This document shows positions 1 to 8,739 of a DNA stretch of 64,000 nt, piece after piece. The stretch comes from a virus (Duplodnaviria > Caudoviricetes): IMG/VR virus record IMGVR_UViG_3300021964_010723. One strand, written 5' to 3'. How positions within the stretch are numbered: position 1 is the first letter of the stretch; each line of letters opens with the position of its first letter. The translations under genes were made by a program, and so were the position numbers. A model generated the notes under the pieces. It searched no databases. It saw nothing but the letters and a program-made list of their open reading frames with translations, and was not told the DNA's origin.

Positions 1-373
1 TTTTATCTTTGTGTTGTGGAGTCCTTGTCATTGTTTCAGCATCTACCACACCCATCTCAACCAACTGATCAAAGCCTTCTTCAAACTCTTGGAATAGGTC
101 GTCTACTGTAACAACACCTCTTTCTAAAATTTCCGGATTATATGTAGCTTCCCCTGATACAGGAATTAGGATATAATCATTCTTAGTTTTGCTCCAGCTC
201 TTGTAAACTTTCTGCTTCCATTGCGGATTAAAGATCTTTTTCTTTTCTCCTGCTTTCCACGGCTCTTGATACTCATCACCCCATCCATCTTCATGATCAT
301 AATCCCAGTCGCCCATTGGTTGGAAATCGCTAATAGGAGCTTCCTTAATCCTTTTAAATTCTCTGAATCTCAC
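1..373 (-). CDS. Partial hypothetical late protein (runs off the window start)
   Basis: Hand-translated open frame from GTG at 373 (VRFREFKRIKEAPISDFQPMGDW...); ATAAATA on the minus strand at 403-409. Confidence 0.6.
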   Translation of the reverse strand, partial: MRFREFKRIKEAPISDFQPMGDWDYDHEDGWGDEYQEPWKAGEKKKIFNPQWKQKVYKSWSKTKNDYILIPVSGEATYNPEILERGVVTVDDLFQEFEEGFDQLVEMGVVDAETMTRTPQHKDK

Positions 374-402
374 AGCTTGTCCTTTTATTATTTCTTGTTT
401 AC

Positions 403-417
403 ATATTTATGTAAATA
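403..417. promoter_or_regulatory. Back-to-back T4-late-like promoters (TAAATA on both strands)
   Basis: catatttatgtaaatag; resembles T4 late consensus TATAAATA; lies between divergent genes. Confidence 0.55.
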
Positions 418-422
418 GCAGT

Positions 423-1616
423 ATGATAGATAAAAAGCCGTTCCATGATACAATAGAAGCATTAAAACAACAGGGTAGATATCGTGTGTTTAACGATATT
501 GTACGAGAACGAGGAGACTTCCCCCGTGCTATCTGGTATGGACCGTACGCTATTAAAACAGTTGTAAACTGGTGTAGCAACGACTATCTTGGCATGGGGC
601 AGAACAAAGTTGTAATAGATGCTATGCACACTGCACTTGATCAAACAGGCAGTGGCAGTGGAGGAACTCGTAACATTGGAGGCACTAGTCACTATCATGT
701 TGCGTTAGAAAAACAAATAGCCATGCTCCATAGGAAGGACCGGGGGCTATTGTTTACGTCCGCCTATGTTGCAAATGAATGGACGTTGATCGCCTTAAGC
801 AAAATCATACCCGACCTAGTATTCCTAAGTGATAGCAAGAATCACGCATCTCTTATACAAGGGATCCGGCATAGTGGGGCTCCCAAACGGATTTGGCAGC
901 ATAATGATATGGGCGATTTAGAACGTGCATTGCAAGAAACAGAAGGCACGCCTTGCATCGTGTTCGAATCCGTGTATAGCATGGATGGAGATGTTTCGCC
1001 AATGCACGACATTTGCAACCTCGCCGACCGCTATGGAGCTATAACGTATATAGATGAAGTGCATGCTGTCGGACTCTATGGCACAACAGGTGGAGGTAAG
1101 TTAGAAGAATTAGGTTTACAAAATCGTGTTGATATTGTAAATGGTACATTAGGAAAAGCATTTGGAATGCAAGGAGGTTATATTGCTAGTGATGAAATTG
1201 TTTGTGATGCTGTGCGCTCTATTGCTAGTGGTTTCATATTTACAACTAGCCACAGTCCTGTGATGTGTGCAGGAGCATTAACCAGTATCAAGTATGTAAT
1301 GGATCATAATGATTTAAGGATTAAGCACCAAGCACAATCCCAAAAACTAAAACACCATTTATCTGCATTAGGCTTTGAAATACATCCTGCAGCCAGTACA
1401 CATATTGTACCAGTAATGGTAGGAGACGCTGTGAAATGTAAAGCAATAAGCGATTCTCTTTTAAATGATCATAGCATTTATGTACAGCCTATAAATTTCC
1501 CCACAGTAGAAGAAGGTACAGAGCGTTTGCGGTTTACTCCTACACCTTTACATACTGATAATATGGTAAATGAACTTGTAACCGCATTAACACAGGTATT
1601 TAATGAACATTCGTAA
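423..1616 (+). CDS. hemA: 5-aminolevulinate synthase (PLP-dependent)
   Basis: WCSNDYLGMG, GSGGTRNIGGT, DEVHAVGLYG, GTLGKAFG (PLP lysine) and ERLRFTPTPLH motifs typical of ALAS. Confidence 0.95.
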   Translation: MIDKKPFHDTIEALKQQGRYRVFNDIVRERGDFPRAIWYGPYAIKTVVNWCSNDYLGMGQNKVVIDAMHTALDQTGSGSGGTRNIGGTSHYHVALEKQIAMLHRKDRGLLFTSAYVANEWTLIALSKIIPDLVFLSDSKNHASLIQGIRHSGAPKRIWQHNDMGDLERALQETEGTPCIVFESVYSMDGDVSPMHDICNLADRYGAITYIDEVHAVGLYGTTGGGKLEELGLQNRVDIVNGTLGKAFGMQGGYIASDEIVCDAVRSIASGFIFTTSHSPVMCAGALTSIKYVMDHNDLRIKHQAQSQKLKHHLSALGFEIHPAASTHIVPVMVGDAVKCKAISDSLLNDHSIYVQPINFPTVEEGTERLRFTPTPLHTDNMVNELVTALTQVFNEHS

Positions 1617-2019
1617 AGCACTTTGGTTTTCAGCAGGAATGTTTTTCCTTGCTGTAGCATTTGTTGGAGTATACTTACCGGGCTTGCCGTGGAGCACTCC
1701 TGCTGTCATTGCAGCATTCTGTTTTAGTAAGAGCAGCGATAGGATGCATCGCTGGTTATATAATCATAAACTGTTTGGGCCATTCCTTACTGGCTGGCAA
1801 GAGAAAAGGATATTCCCTACCAAGTTCAAATACTTTATGGTGATTACCATGTGCAGCAGTTTGATCCTAATGTGGTTTACAACTGGTAATCTAACTGCAA
1901 TCTATTGGACTGCAGGCTTTATGGCACTGGTAGTGATATGGGGCTGGAGATATCCAGGCAGCGAAGCAGAATGGCTACGCAGGAAAGATGCAGGTGAAAA
2001 GATAGCGTGGATCCGCTAG
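1603..2019 (+). CDS. ybaN: YbaN/DUF454-family inner-membrane protein
   Basis: GVYLPGLPWSTPAVIAAFCFSKSSDRMHRWL..HKLFGPFL..W pattern; hydrophobic segments; overlaps hemA end. Confidence 0.8.
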   Translation: MNIRKALWFSAGMFFLAVAFVGVYLPGLPWSTPAVIAAFCFSKSSDRMHRWLYNHKLFGPFLTGWQEKRIFPTKFKYFMVITMCSSLILMWFTTGNLTAIYWTAGFMALVVIWGWRYPGSEAEWLRRKDAGEKIAWIR

Positions 2020-2546
2020 AGATATTTCTCCCAAACTGGATGTTTTATATCAAACTCTAATTGTTTACGCTTTGCAACCAATTCCCAATAGCTAGGCTTA
2101 AACGGTAGTTGCTTAGGTCTCTCTACCCTGTTACCTTTACGCTCGTTACAGCAGTGACACGCTACAACAATATTTTCCCAATTAGTCCTACCACCTTTGC
2201 TCAGAGGAATGACATGATCCATTGTACATTGGCTATGGGCTAGTCTTTGTTCGCAATACTGGCAGGTGTATAAATCTCTTATACAGATATTGGTTTTTGA
2301 AAATCTCGGTTTGCGTTTTGTCCTTAGTCGTTCTTTTAACATTATCACAGCAGGTACACGGGTCTCCCAACTAGGGCTCCTAACCACCCAATCATCATAC
2401 CATTCTAATACAGTGCATTTATCTAAGAACAAATAAGTTATAGCATCCTTCCACTGTATTGCGCTCAGTGGAAGGTAGTTAAGTGGAAGTCCGTCTGTGC
2501 TTAAAACTAGAACGTCGGTCATATCATGTTTCGATAGGTTTCTCAA
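2016..2546 (-). CDS. HNH endonuclease (McrA-like); likely start at 2522
   Basis: RDLYTCQYC...TMDHVIPLSKGGRTNWENIVVACHCCNERKG. Confidence 0.9.
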   Translation of the reverse strand: MRNLSKHDMTDVLVLSTDGLPLNYLPLSAIQWKDAITYLFLDKCTVLEWYDDWVVRSPSWETRVPAVIMLKERLRTKRKPRFSKTNICIRDLYTCQYCEQRLAHSQCTMDHVIPLSKGGRTNWENIVVACHCCNERKGNRVERPKQLPFKPSYWELVAKRKQLEFDIKHPVWEKYL

Positions 2547-2961
2547 ATTGTGCTGGTTTTAAATTTGTGCCACTGCCAATAATGCAAGCGGCTATACCCA
2601 TAGGATTAGATAACATCTCGTCGGGTAATTTAAAAACAATGCTGTAGGATCCTGTTTGAGGGTTCATAAACATTGCCGTTTCGCCTGTTACAACTCGTGG
2701 AGGTAATTGACCTTTTGGATCCATAGGAACTTGCATAATGCTTTTGTTACTGTGGATAAAAGGAATTTCCTGGTAAGGTGCCAACTTTGCCATAATAGCT
2801 GGTAAAGTTCCGCAATCCATTGCCATTGGCATCTTATGTAATTGTAACTGTGGTGGTACCACACGTTGTGGTTGTTGTGTGCTCGGCTCTTCGGCGTGTA
2901 AGGATACTGTTGTGAGCAATATCGCTAACCCGCTGAAAAGCGATATCAGGGTTAGCTTCAT
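2524..2961 (-). CDS. Hypothetical exported protein
   Basis: Signal-peptide-like N-terminus (MKLTLISLFSGLAILLTTVSLHA); SD GGAG upstream. Confidence 0.6.
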   Translation of the reverse strand: MKLTLISLFSGLAILLTTVSLHAEEPSTQQPQRVVPPQLQLHKMPMAMDCGTLPAIMAKLAPYQEIPFIHSNKSIMQVPMDPKGQLPPRVVTGETAMFMNPQTGSYSIVFKLPDEMLSNPMGIAACIIGSGTNLKPAQFEKPIET

Positions 2962-2989
2962 TTTATACTCCTATAAACTAATATTTAGC

Positions 2990-3556
2990 TTACTTAAAGT
3001 ACTGATTAAACATCTGTGAGCAACTTAGTTTGAAAGCTGTGTGCCATTGTTTTTCATGTGATTGATCAAATAGGAGTTCTTCAGTAGGATCAGCCAACAA
3101 CCAGCTATTTTCTGGCTTATAAGGGTATCTACCTCCTAGTTCAGCTAGCAGTTGTCCTGGTGCCCATCCAGACAGTCCACCAAATAATCTATATTTTCTT
3201 GGTGTATCTCCAATTGCTATTTTTTTCAGCATATCGTTATCACTTGATATGCGAAGATTATTGCTTACATAAGCAGAATTTGAACTTATCCATTCTATGG
3301 TATGCAATAATACGAGTGCATTTGTGTTGACAGGTCCACCGTGATAGATAGGTTGATATGATCCAGCATATACTATTTGATTATCATTGCAGATATCTGC
3401 TATTGAATATTTGCTAGGTTTATTTAAAATAACACCAATTGAACCTTTTGTCATATCATCTTGATATAGGTAGACAACACTTCGATAAAAAAAAGAATCT
3501 TTAGGGCAATTTGGGTGTGAAATTAAAAGTTTACCTTCTAATGACATATTATACAA
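2990..3556 (-). CDS. YqgE/AlgH (DUF179) family protein
   Basis: GKLLISHP..FYRSVVYL...GVILNKP, YHGGPV, RLFGGLSGWAPGQLLAEL, W motifs. Confidence 0.85.
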   Translation of the reverse strand: MYNMSLEGKLLISHPNCPKDSFFYRSVVYLYQDDMTKGSIGVILNKPSKYSIADICNDNQIVYAGSYQPIYHGGPVNTNALVLLHTIEWISSNSAYVSNNLRISSDNDMLKKIAIGDTPRKYRLFGGLSGWAPGQLLAELGGRYPYKPENSWLLADPTEELLFDQSHEKQWHTAFKLSCSQMFNQYFK

Positions 3557-4397
3557 TTTGAAGTTGATCTAATTGAGCTATTGTATCTTCAAGATCGACA
3601 TTAGCTTTATTATTGCCAAGTCCTAAATGAAAAGATTTACCAGTAGATGGATCTGGTAAACCTGCCCATGTTTTAGATAATCGTTTTAAAAATTTTGCAC
3701 TAGTTATTTGTCCATCTAAAAATTTATCTAAATTATGCTCTTTTTTAAGATGGAATAATGCAATCTTATCCTGTGTAGCTGCATCAAATACAGTCGTTTT
3801 AGGATCAAGACCCATCTGACTTACAAGGCTTCGCAGTGTTTTGTGTAAGTATTGATACCTACCGGAAGCAGAGCCACCATGTGATCTTATCCTTTTCCGC
3901 ATGTCTTGGAAAAGTTCTGCTAGTGTCATTGTGATGATTTGTGGACGTCTCTTGTTAGGATAAACGGCATCGTAATGGCCAGAAGATTCAGGTTTGGCAA
4001 TAATATCTAAAATCTCTTTTTCCTTGTTGAATGATGTAGCAAGGGGTTTTTCAATTGTTTCTGGATCAAGTTTTGGAGATGCTACCATTGCAGATAGCTT
4101 ATTAGGTTGCACACTCTTCTTACCATTCCAGCCCATCATAGCAAGAATTGTTTTCCTGCCTGCATCGCCGTCTGGTTTTAACCCTGCGTCTTTTTGGAAT
4201 TTTTTAACAGCCATTGCCGTCTTAGAACCGTAAATCCCATCTACAGGGCCTGCATCATAATTGTTATCATTTAACCATTCTTGCAGTTCTTTGACCTGTT
4301 CTATCTTTCCTCTTCGTGCCAGTCCGCCCTTCATCTTAGGATCGAGATACATAAACGTTGTAGTATCTTTGTCTAAATTAATTTCGTATAAATTCAT
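3549..4397 (-). CDS. Peptidoglycan hydrolase: PG-binding domain plus lysozyme-like domain
   Basis: VKELQEWL..GPVDGIYGSKT..AVKKFQ..GL.PDG.AG..T (PG_binding_1); ESSGHYD and ASGRYQY..TL lysozyme-like motifs. Confidence 0.8.
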   Translation of the reverse strand: MNLYEINLDKDTTTFMYLDPKMKGGLARRGKIEQVKELQEWLNDNNYDAGPVDGIYGSKTAMAVKKFQKDAGLKPDGDAGRKTILAMMGWNGKKSVQPNKLSAMVASPKLDPETIEKPLATSFNKEKEILDIIAKPESSGHYDAVYPNKRRPQIITMTLAELFQDMRKRIRSHGGSASGRYQYLHKTLRSLVSQMGLDPKTTVFDAATQDKIALFHLKKEHNLDKFLDGQITSAKFLKRLSKTWAGLPDPSTGKSFHLGLGNNKANVDLEDTIAQLDQLQIV

Positions 4398-4642
4398 TTT
4401 GTTGTTCCTGACCCATAATCTGGAATTGATCCTCCATATTTTTTTCCTTTAATCCTTTTACCGTCCATCTTAACCCTTGCCTTACCTATCAGGTGAGATT
4501 TATTTCCTTCTCTAGACCGCAACCCTTGACTTTTACAGCTTGCTTCTGCGCTAGCGCCAATATTTTTCTTAGGACTTAGGCAAAGTTTTCTTGTCGCCTT
4601 CCACTCTGTAGCCAAAACATCATCAATTTCTACTAATAACAC
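4394..4642 (-). CDS. Hypothetical basic protein
   Basis: ORF with SD and TAAATA at 4661-4666 (minus); heads a coupled operon. Confidence 0.6.
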   Translation of the reverse strand: MLLVEIDDVLATEWKATRKLCLSPKKNIGASAEASCKSQGLRSREGNKSHLIGKARVKMDGKRIKGKKYGGSIPDYGSGTTK

Positions 4643-4674
4643 AGCTTCATCCTTTTTACTTATTTATTATAAAC

Positions 4675-4703
4675 TTGACACAAGACTTTTTTTTTGTTAC
4701 TAT
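4675..4703 (+). promoter_or_regulatory. Sigma70-type promoter
   Basis: TTGACA-17-TACTAT with TG extension. Confidence 0.55.
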
Positions 4704-4933
4704 TAAATAATACTAATAATACAAGGAGACTTATGATTGAGGCTTTCGCTGCTTACTTACTCGTGACATTTGTTTTTTATCAGCTGGATCCTAACCCTGC
4801 TCCAGAAGGATATACAGCTTCCGATCCTTGTTTTCGATGTGGAGAAAATTGGGAGTTTTACCCGCCCAGCCAAGTAGGCACAATCAATGATTCTAGAGTG
4901 TTGTTACCTCAAAGACAAACAATGGAAGAATAA
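4694..4933 (+). CDS. Small membrane protein (likely start at the internal MIEAF)
   Basis: SD GGAG before the internal ATG; hydrophobic stretch. Confidence 0.5.
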   Translation: MLLLNNTNNTRRLMIEAFAAYLLVTFVFYQLDPNPAPEGYTASDPCFRCGENWEFYPPSQVGTINDSRVLLPQRQTMEE

Positions 4934-5124
4934 TGGAAATATGGCAAGTAGTTTTAATAAGTTATATTGTAGGTAGTGCAATTGGATATTTTTTAGCATA
5001 CAAACCTCATGTAGCTACCCAGAATGAATTATTAGATGTGCTCATCGAAGAAGGATTTTTACGGCATAAGACTGATAAAGATGGTAGAATCATTATCCTT
5101 AAATATCACGATAATGTATCATAA
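4933..5124 (+). CDS. Small membrane protein
   Basis: N-terminal TM segment; coupled to upstream stop. Confidence 0.55.
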   Translation: MEIWQVVLISYIVGSAIGYFLAYKPHVATQNELLDVLIEEGFLRHKTDKDGRIIILKYHDNVS

Positions 5125-5150
5125 TCCTAATTTTTTTATAAATAATCAAA

Positions 5151-5312
5151 ATGTTTAAATTTTTATTTGGTGCCTTTGTAGGTTCTTTTCTACTTTACAA
5201 CTTTATTATTCCGAATCCAAACTATAAACAAACTTTAGATAATATTAATCAATCGTTGCTTACCCTTATCCATCAAGCAACCCAAGAATTAGATAAAAAT
5301 GTTCAAAATTAA
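5151..5312 (+). CDS. Small membrane protein (53 aa, not in ORF track)
   Basis: Hand-translated MFKFLFGAFVGSFLLYNF...; exact TATAAATA at 5137-5144. Confidence 0.5.
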   Translation: MFKFLFGAFVGSFLLYNFIIPNPNYKQTLDNINQSLLTLIHQATQELDKNVQN

Positions 5313-5565
5313 TGAAATTCAAACCGGCAAAAGTTATGCATGTAAATTTAAATGCGAAACTATGCTAGATGAAAATAATAAACCAATTACCAACCCAGAG
5401 ACTCCTCTTAAAGGACCAGGTATCTATGAATCGATTGGGATAATTCAATTAAGAGATAATGAAAAGCAACTAGTAAAATTAGTTGATAAAATAACCAAAA
5501 GAGAATTTATTATTCCCTATGACAATATTTGGGATATTGACGAAGTTGAGTGGATTTCAGATTAA
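5299..5565 (+). CDS. Hypothetical protein
   Basis: 88-aa ORF overlapping the upstream small ORF. Confidence 0.55.
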   Translation: MFKINEIQTGKSYACKFKCETMLDENNKPITNPETPLKGPGIYESIGIIQLRDNEKQLVKLVDKITKREFIIPYDNIWDIDEVEWISD

Positions 5566-5860
5566 TCTTAACGACCCCGGCGATCGGTCCATCATTCCTT
5601 CCGGTTAAAGGCTTATTGTTCTACGGCCGCCGATAGCCATTACCCCACCCCCTGGGAAACTGGGGGGCCTCTCCAACTTTTAAGTTGACTTTTTTATTAT
5701 TCTATATATAATTAAAACTTAACACTAACAAAGAGGCATTATGTGGAAAACAATTAGGAAGGGTATTACCTTTGAAAGGGTGTTTTATACCTATTTAATC
5801 TTTGCTTGGTTTGCAGCCTTGATAGCATTTGCTAGTCTGCGTTTCTACAACTAATCTTCT

Positions 5861-5935
5861 GTCCCGGTAGTTAAATGGATATAACAGTAGACTTCTAATC
5901 TTCTATTCTAGGTTCAATTCCTGGTCGGGACACCA
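5861..5935 (+). tRNA. tRNA-Arg(UCU)
   Basis: Acceptor GTCCCGG/TCGGGAC, anticodon loop CT-TCT-AA, GGTTCAATTCC T-arm, encoded CCA. Confidence 0.9.
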
Positions 5936-5947
5936 TAAAAAAAATAG

Positions 5948-5975
5948 TTGACATAATAAACAGCTATGTTATACT
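5948..5975 (+). promoter_or_regulatory. Sigma70-type promoter for tRNA-Leu
   Basis: TTGACA-16-TATACT with TGn extension. Confidence 0.6.
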
Positions 5976-5988
5976 TTTAGAACATTAA

Positions 5989-6075
5989 GCGACTGTGGTG
6001 AAACAGGTAAACACACTGGACTTAAAATCCAGCGGCAGTGATGCTTTGCCGGTTCGATTCCGGCCAGTCGCACCA
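5989..6075 (+). tRNA. tRNA-Leu(UAA)
   Basis: CTGGA-CT-TAA-AA-TCCAG anticodon arm, long variable arm, GGTTCGATTCC, CCA. Confidence 0.92.
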
Positions 6076-6328
6076 CATTCTAAACGGAGACATCATGCGA
6101 ATCACACCACGTAATTGGGCAGCTCAACAGTGTAGAGATTTAAATGGTCCGTTCCGTCCTACTGTAGAACGAGACCGTTCAAAATACACCCGCAAACAAA
6201 AGCATAAAGAGAGATATGCTTAATTTCCTGCGAGGCTTATTTTACCTAAGTTTTTCCTTGACTTTTATAGTAATAGCCATTATACTAATTGCTTTACTAC
6301 TAGAAGTTTACATCTTTGAGGAGGTACT

Positions 6329-6634
6329 ATGTCCCTGTCAACTGTGATTAAAGAAGCAAACATTTATCGTAAATTTTGCAGACAAATGCCTATCGATCCT
6401 AGACATGTAAGCATTAAAGATTCTATTGATCTTTTTCGCTATATTGATCGAGAACTTAGTCCAGAACACTTGTATCAAGACGGTGAACGCTCGCCTAAAG
6501 AAGCTCAACGTCAAGCCGCAAAATTACGCAAGGCTGCACAGGTATTGCTAGACCGCGGCTATAAAGCTCCAATTAACCTAGATTGCCTAAGGATTGATTA
6601 TGCGAATAGATTTTCAAAAGGCGTATGCATCTAA
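6329..6634 (+). CDS. Hypothetical phage protein
   Basis: SD GAGG; TTGACT-17-TATACT promoter at 6258-6286. Confidence 0.65.
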   Translation: MSLSTVIKEANIYRKFCRQMPIDPRHVSIKDSIDLFRYIDRELSPEHLYQDGERSPKEAQRQAAKLRKAAQVLLDRGYKAPINLDCLRIDYANRFSKGVCI

Positions 6635-6914
6635 ATCCTACTATGATGATGACGGGAAACAATGGCTAGTACAGTTGGGAAATGACTACCAACTCAGCAT
6701 CATCCGTCATCGTGGTAGTATGGGATACCGTGAAGGGTTATTTGAAATCGGTGTGTTCGGTGACTGTGATAGCATGGTTGAACTGCCAGGTATCACAGCA
6801 GAAGGGGATACTGTTAAAGGATTCCTTACACCCGAAGAGGTTAACTGTATCATCCTTAAAATGCAATTCCTTACAGACTCAGCACCAGTTTCGGTGTTTG
6901 GGTACCTAAACTAA
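6594..6914 (+). CDS. Hypothetical phage protein
   Basis: Co-oriented ORF with phage-like composition. Confidence 0.55.
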   Translation: MIMRIDFQKAYASKSYYDDDGKQWLVQLGNDYQLSIIRHRGSMGYREGLFEIGVFGDCDSMVELPGITAEGDTVKGFLTPEEVNCIILKMQFLTDSAPVSVFGYLN

Positions 6915-6924
6915 ATATTCTACT

Positions 6925-7001
6925 GGACCTCTAGCTCAATAGGTTAGAGCACACGACTCATAATCGTTAGGTTCTCGGTTCAAGTCCGAGGGGGTCCACC
7001 A
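6925..7001 (+). tRNA. tRNA with CAU anticodon, probably Ile2 (lysidine type) rather than Met
   Basis: CGA-CT-CAT-AA-TCG anticodon arm and overall sequence resemble bacterial tRNA-Ile2; CCA encoded. Confidence 0.85.
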
Positions 7002-7026
7002 ACAACCTACACCCCAGGAGAATTAA

Positions 7027-7209
7027 ATGGATTTTAATCACTTTGTATTAATGTTAGCTACTGCATTTGCTTTCGGTATCTTTGGATATGTCCTAGGTGA
7101 GCAAGAACGAGAACGGCAAGCAATCGAACGAGGCTTTGCAATCCACTGTCCATTAGATGGTAAATTTGGTTGGATAGACGAATGCAAAGAAGAACTTGAC
7201 ATACCTTAG
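7027..7209 (+). CDS. Small membrane protein
   Basis: SD AGGAG; N-terminal TM. Confidence 0.55.
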   Translation: MDFNHFVLMLATAFAFGIFGYVLGEQERERQAIERGFAIHCPLDGKFGWIDECKEELDIP

Positions 7210-7223
7210 TTACATGCTATAAT
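7196..7223 (+). promoter_or_regulatory. Sigma70-type promoter upstream of the tRNA-like RNA
   Basis: TTGACA-16-TATAAT with TGn extension. Confidence 0.65.
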
Positions 7224-7240
7224 AAAGTTATATTGAAAAT

Positions 7241-7327
7241 GCGGGGCGTTCCTTCCAGCTGTCTTATAAGCAGTCAGCCAAACAGGGAGGCGGTGCTATA
7301 GAGGTTCAACTCCTCCGCCCCGTACCA
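7241..7327 (+). ncRNA. Non-canonical tRNA-like RNA with a UAU anticodon-type loop
   Basis: Acceptor GCGGGGC/GCCCCGT+ACCA, T-arm GAGG-TTCAACT-CCTC, GCTGT-CTTATAA-GCAGT arm; no canonical D-arm. Confidence 0.7.
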
Positions 7328-7349
7328 CTTAACCCTAACCACTTTACTT

Positions 7350-8033
7350 ATGATATCTAAACGTGTGCGAGATCGTTTTGTAGCACAGCACGGGGAACCG
7401 GCTAACCTAGATGAATTAGGACGAGCCCTTGTCGCCCATATCAACAACCTTGGTGAAAGCTCAAAGGGCCGTGATAAGGGTCAGCGGGTGCTGGGCTTAG
7501 TTTGGAATATTAGCTCAGGCGAGCAGTGCAACAGCCACAACGCACCTGTTGGTATCCCAAGTAGTTTTAGTGACCCTGAGAGGTTTCCTGCGTTTTATGG
7601 TAAGGTATGGCTGAGACTAGCCAAGCCTCCTGGATGGTCTGTAACTGATTACTTTGAGGGTACTTGTTGTCACTTAGGATCAGGTGGAGGCGGGTCATAT
7701 GAAGGCCCTTGGGATCAAATATACGAAATGTGGCATAAGCAGCATAGACGTTGGCGCACTCGGGTAAAGTTGGACTACCCTGAACCTAGCCTATACAGTT
7801 GGACATTTACTATCTGGCTGCAGGATTGGCCTCTAATCGAAAAGCATTACAGTAAGTTAGACATGCTTGACATGATCAAAGGAGTTAGGGTAGATTACCT
7901 TAAACGTAATCATACGTTTACCTATGAAGCAGAAGGCATAGATGCTGCTGATGGCAAATATATACAGCAGTATGCCGAGATTGACTATTCTTTTTGTAGA
8001 GATAACCTTTTAAACGAGATTTTTAATGACTGA
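7350..8033 (+). CDS. Hypothetical protein
   Basis: 227-aa ORF; no recognised motif. Confidence 0.65.
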   Translation: MISKRVRDRFVAQHGEPANLDELGRALVAHINNLGESSKGRDKGQRVLGLVWNISSGEQCNSHNAPVGIPSSFSDPERFPAFYGKVWLRLAKPPGWSVTDYFEGTCCHLGSGGGGSYEGPWDQIYEMWHKQHRRWRTRVKLDYPEPSLYSWTFTIWLQDWPLIEKHYSKLDMLDMIKGVRVDYLKRNHTFTYEAEGIDAADGKYIQQYAEIDYSFCRDNLLNEIFND

Positions 8034-8161
8034 AGAAACAATCCAAGAACTTGAATATATCCTACGTGAACAGCAGAGTATGCTCAACGAGTTTGCTACT
8101 AATCTCGCACAGGTAAGTAGGCAACTTAGAGAAGTTACTGATCTATTAGACGAGGTAAAGT

Positions 8162-8563
8162 ATGCGAGTGAACATCAGGCGACCGCCTAAAAATCCAGAA
8201 CGCAATCAACGTGTAGATGTATTAGTAGAACCCCATGATGTATGGAGCTTAGACTGGACTCTGGCCCAGATAATACACCCTGGCCTCATCATGTTGAAGC
8301 AAAAGAAGAATGGGGCTCCTTGGGTTGACCCTATGGATGTACCAGAGGAGCTGAGACCCACACCCGAAGAGCTGGCAAACTACGAGGAGGATGCACGTAC
8401 TGATGAACTGTGGTTCGACCGTTTTGACTACATCCTAGATGAAATGATCTGGGCATTTGACTTGATAAAGCATGATGTGAATATCCATTCTAAGTTGGAA
8501 GCTGAGAGGATCAATAACGCTCTGCGTTTGTTTGGTAAATATTATCAAAGCTTATGGTGGTAA
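8162..8563 (+). CDS. Conserved-type hypothetical phage protein
   Basis: WSLDWTLA.II.P.L..LK....G.P and ILDEMIWAF...RLFGKYYQSLW pattern recalled from T4-like phage proteins. Confidence 0.65.
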   Translation: MRVNIRRPPKNPERNQRVDVLVEPHDVWSLDWTLAQIIHPGLIMLKQKKNGAPWVDPMDVPEELRPTPEELANYEEDARTDELWFDRFDYILDEMIWAFDLIKHDVNIHSKLEAERINNALRLFGKYYQSLWW

Positions 8564-8739
8564 ATTTTATGGACAAAGGAGGGTTGACCATGATGTACAT
8601 GTTTAATGATCTATTAAAGATAGATCCTAATGCTGAGGAACAGAAGGATAAAATTAAACTGATAGTGGCTGCAATTTTGGTTATTGCAATTGGTGTAGGA
8701 GGTCTTACATTGACACTATCACTTATGCTATAGAGGAGC

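Noticed and set aside
5593-5606. CCGGAAGGAA on the minus strand resembling SRP RNA
   Set aside because: The flanking CAGG/AGCA internal-loop motif of SRP domain IV is absent
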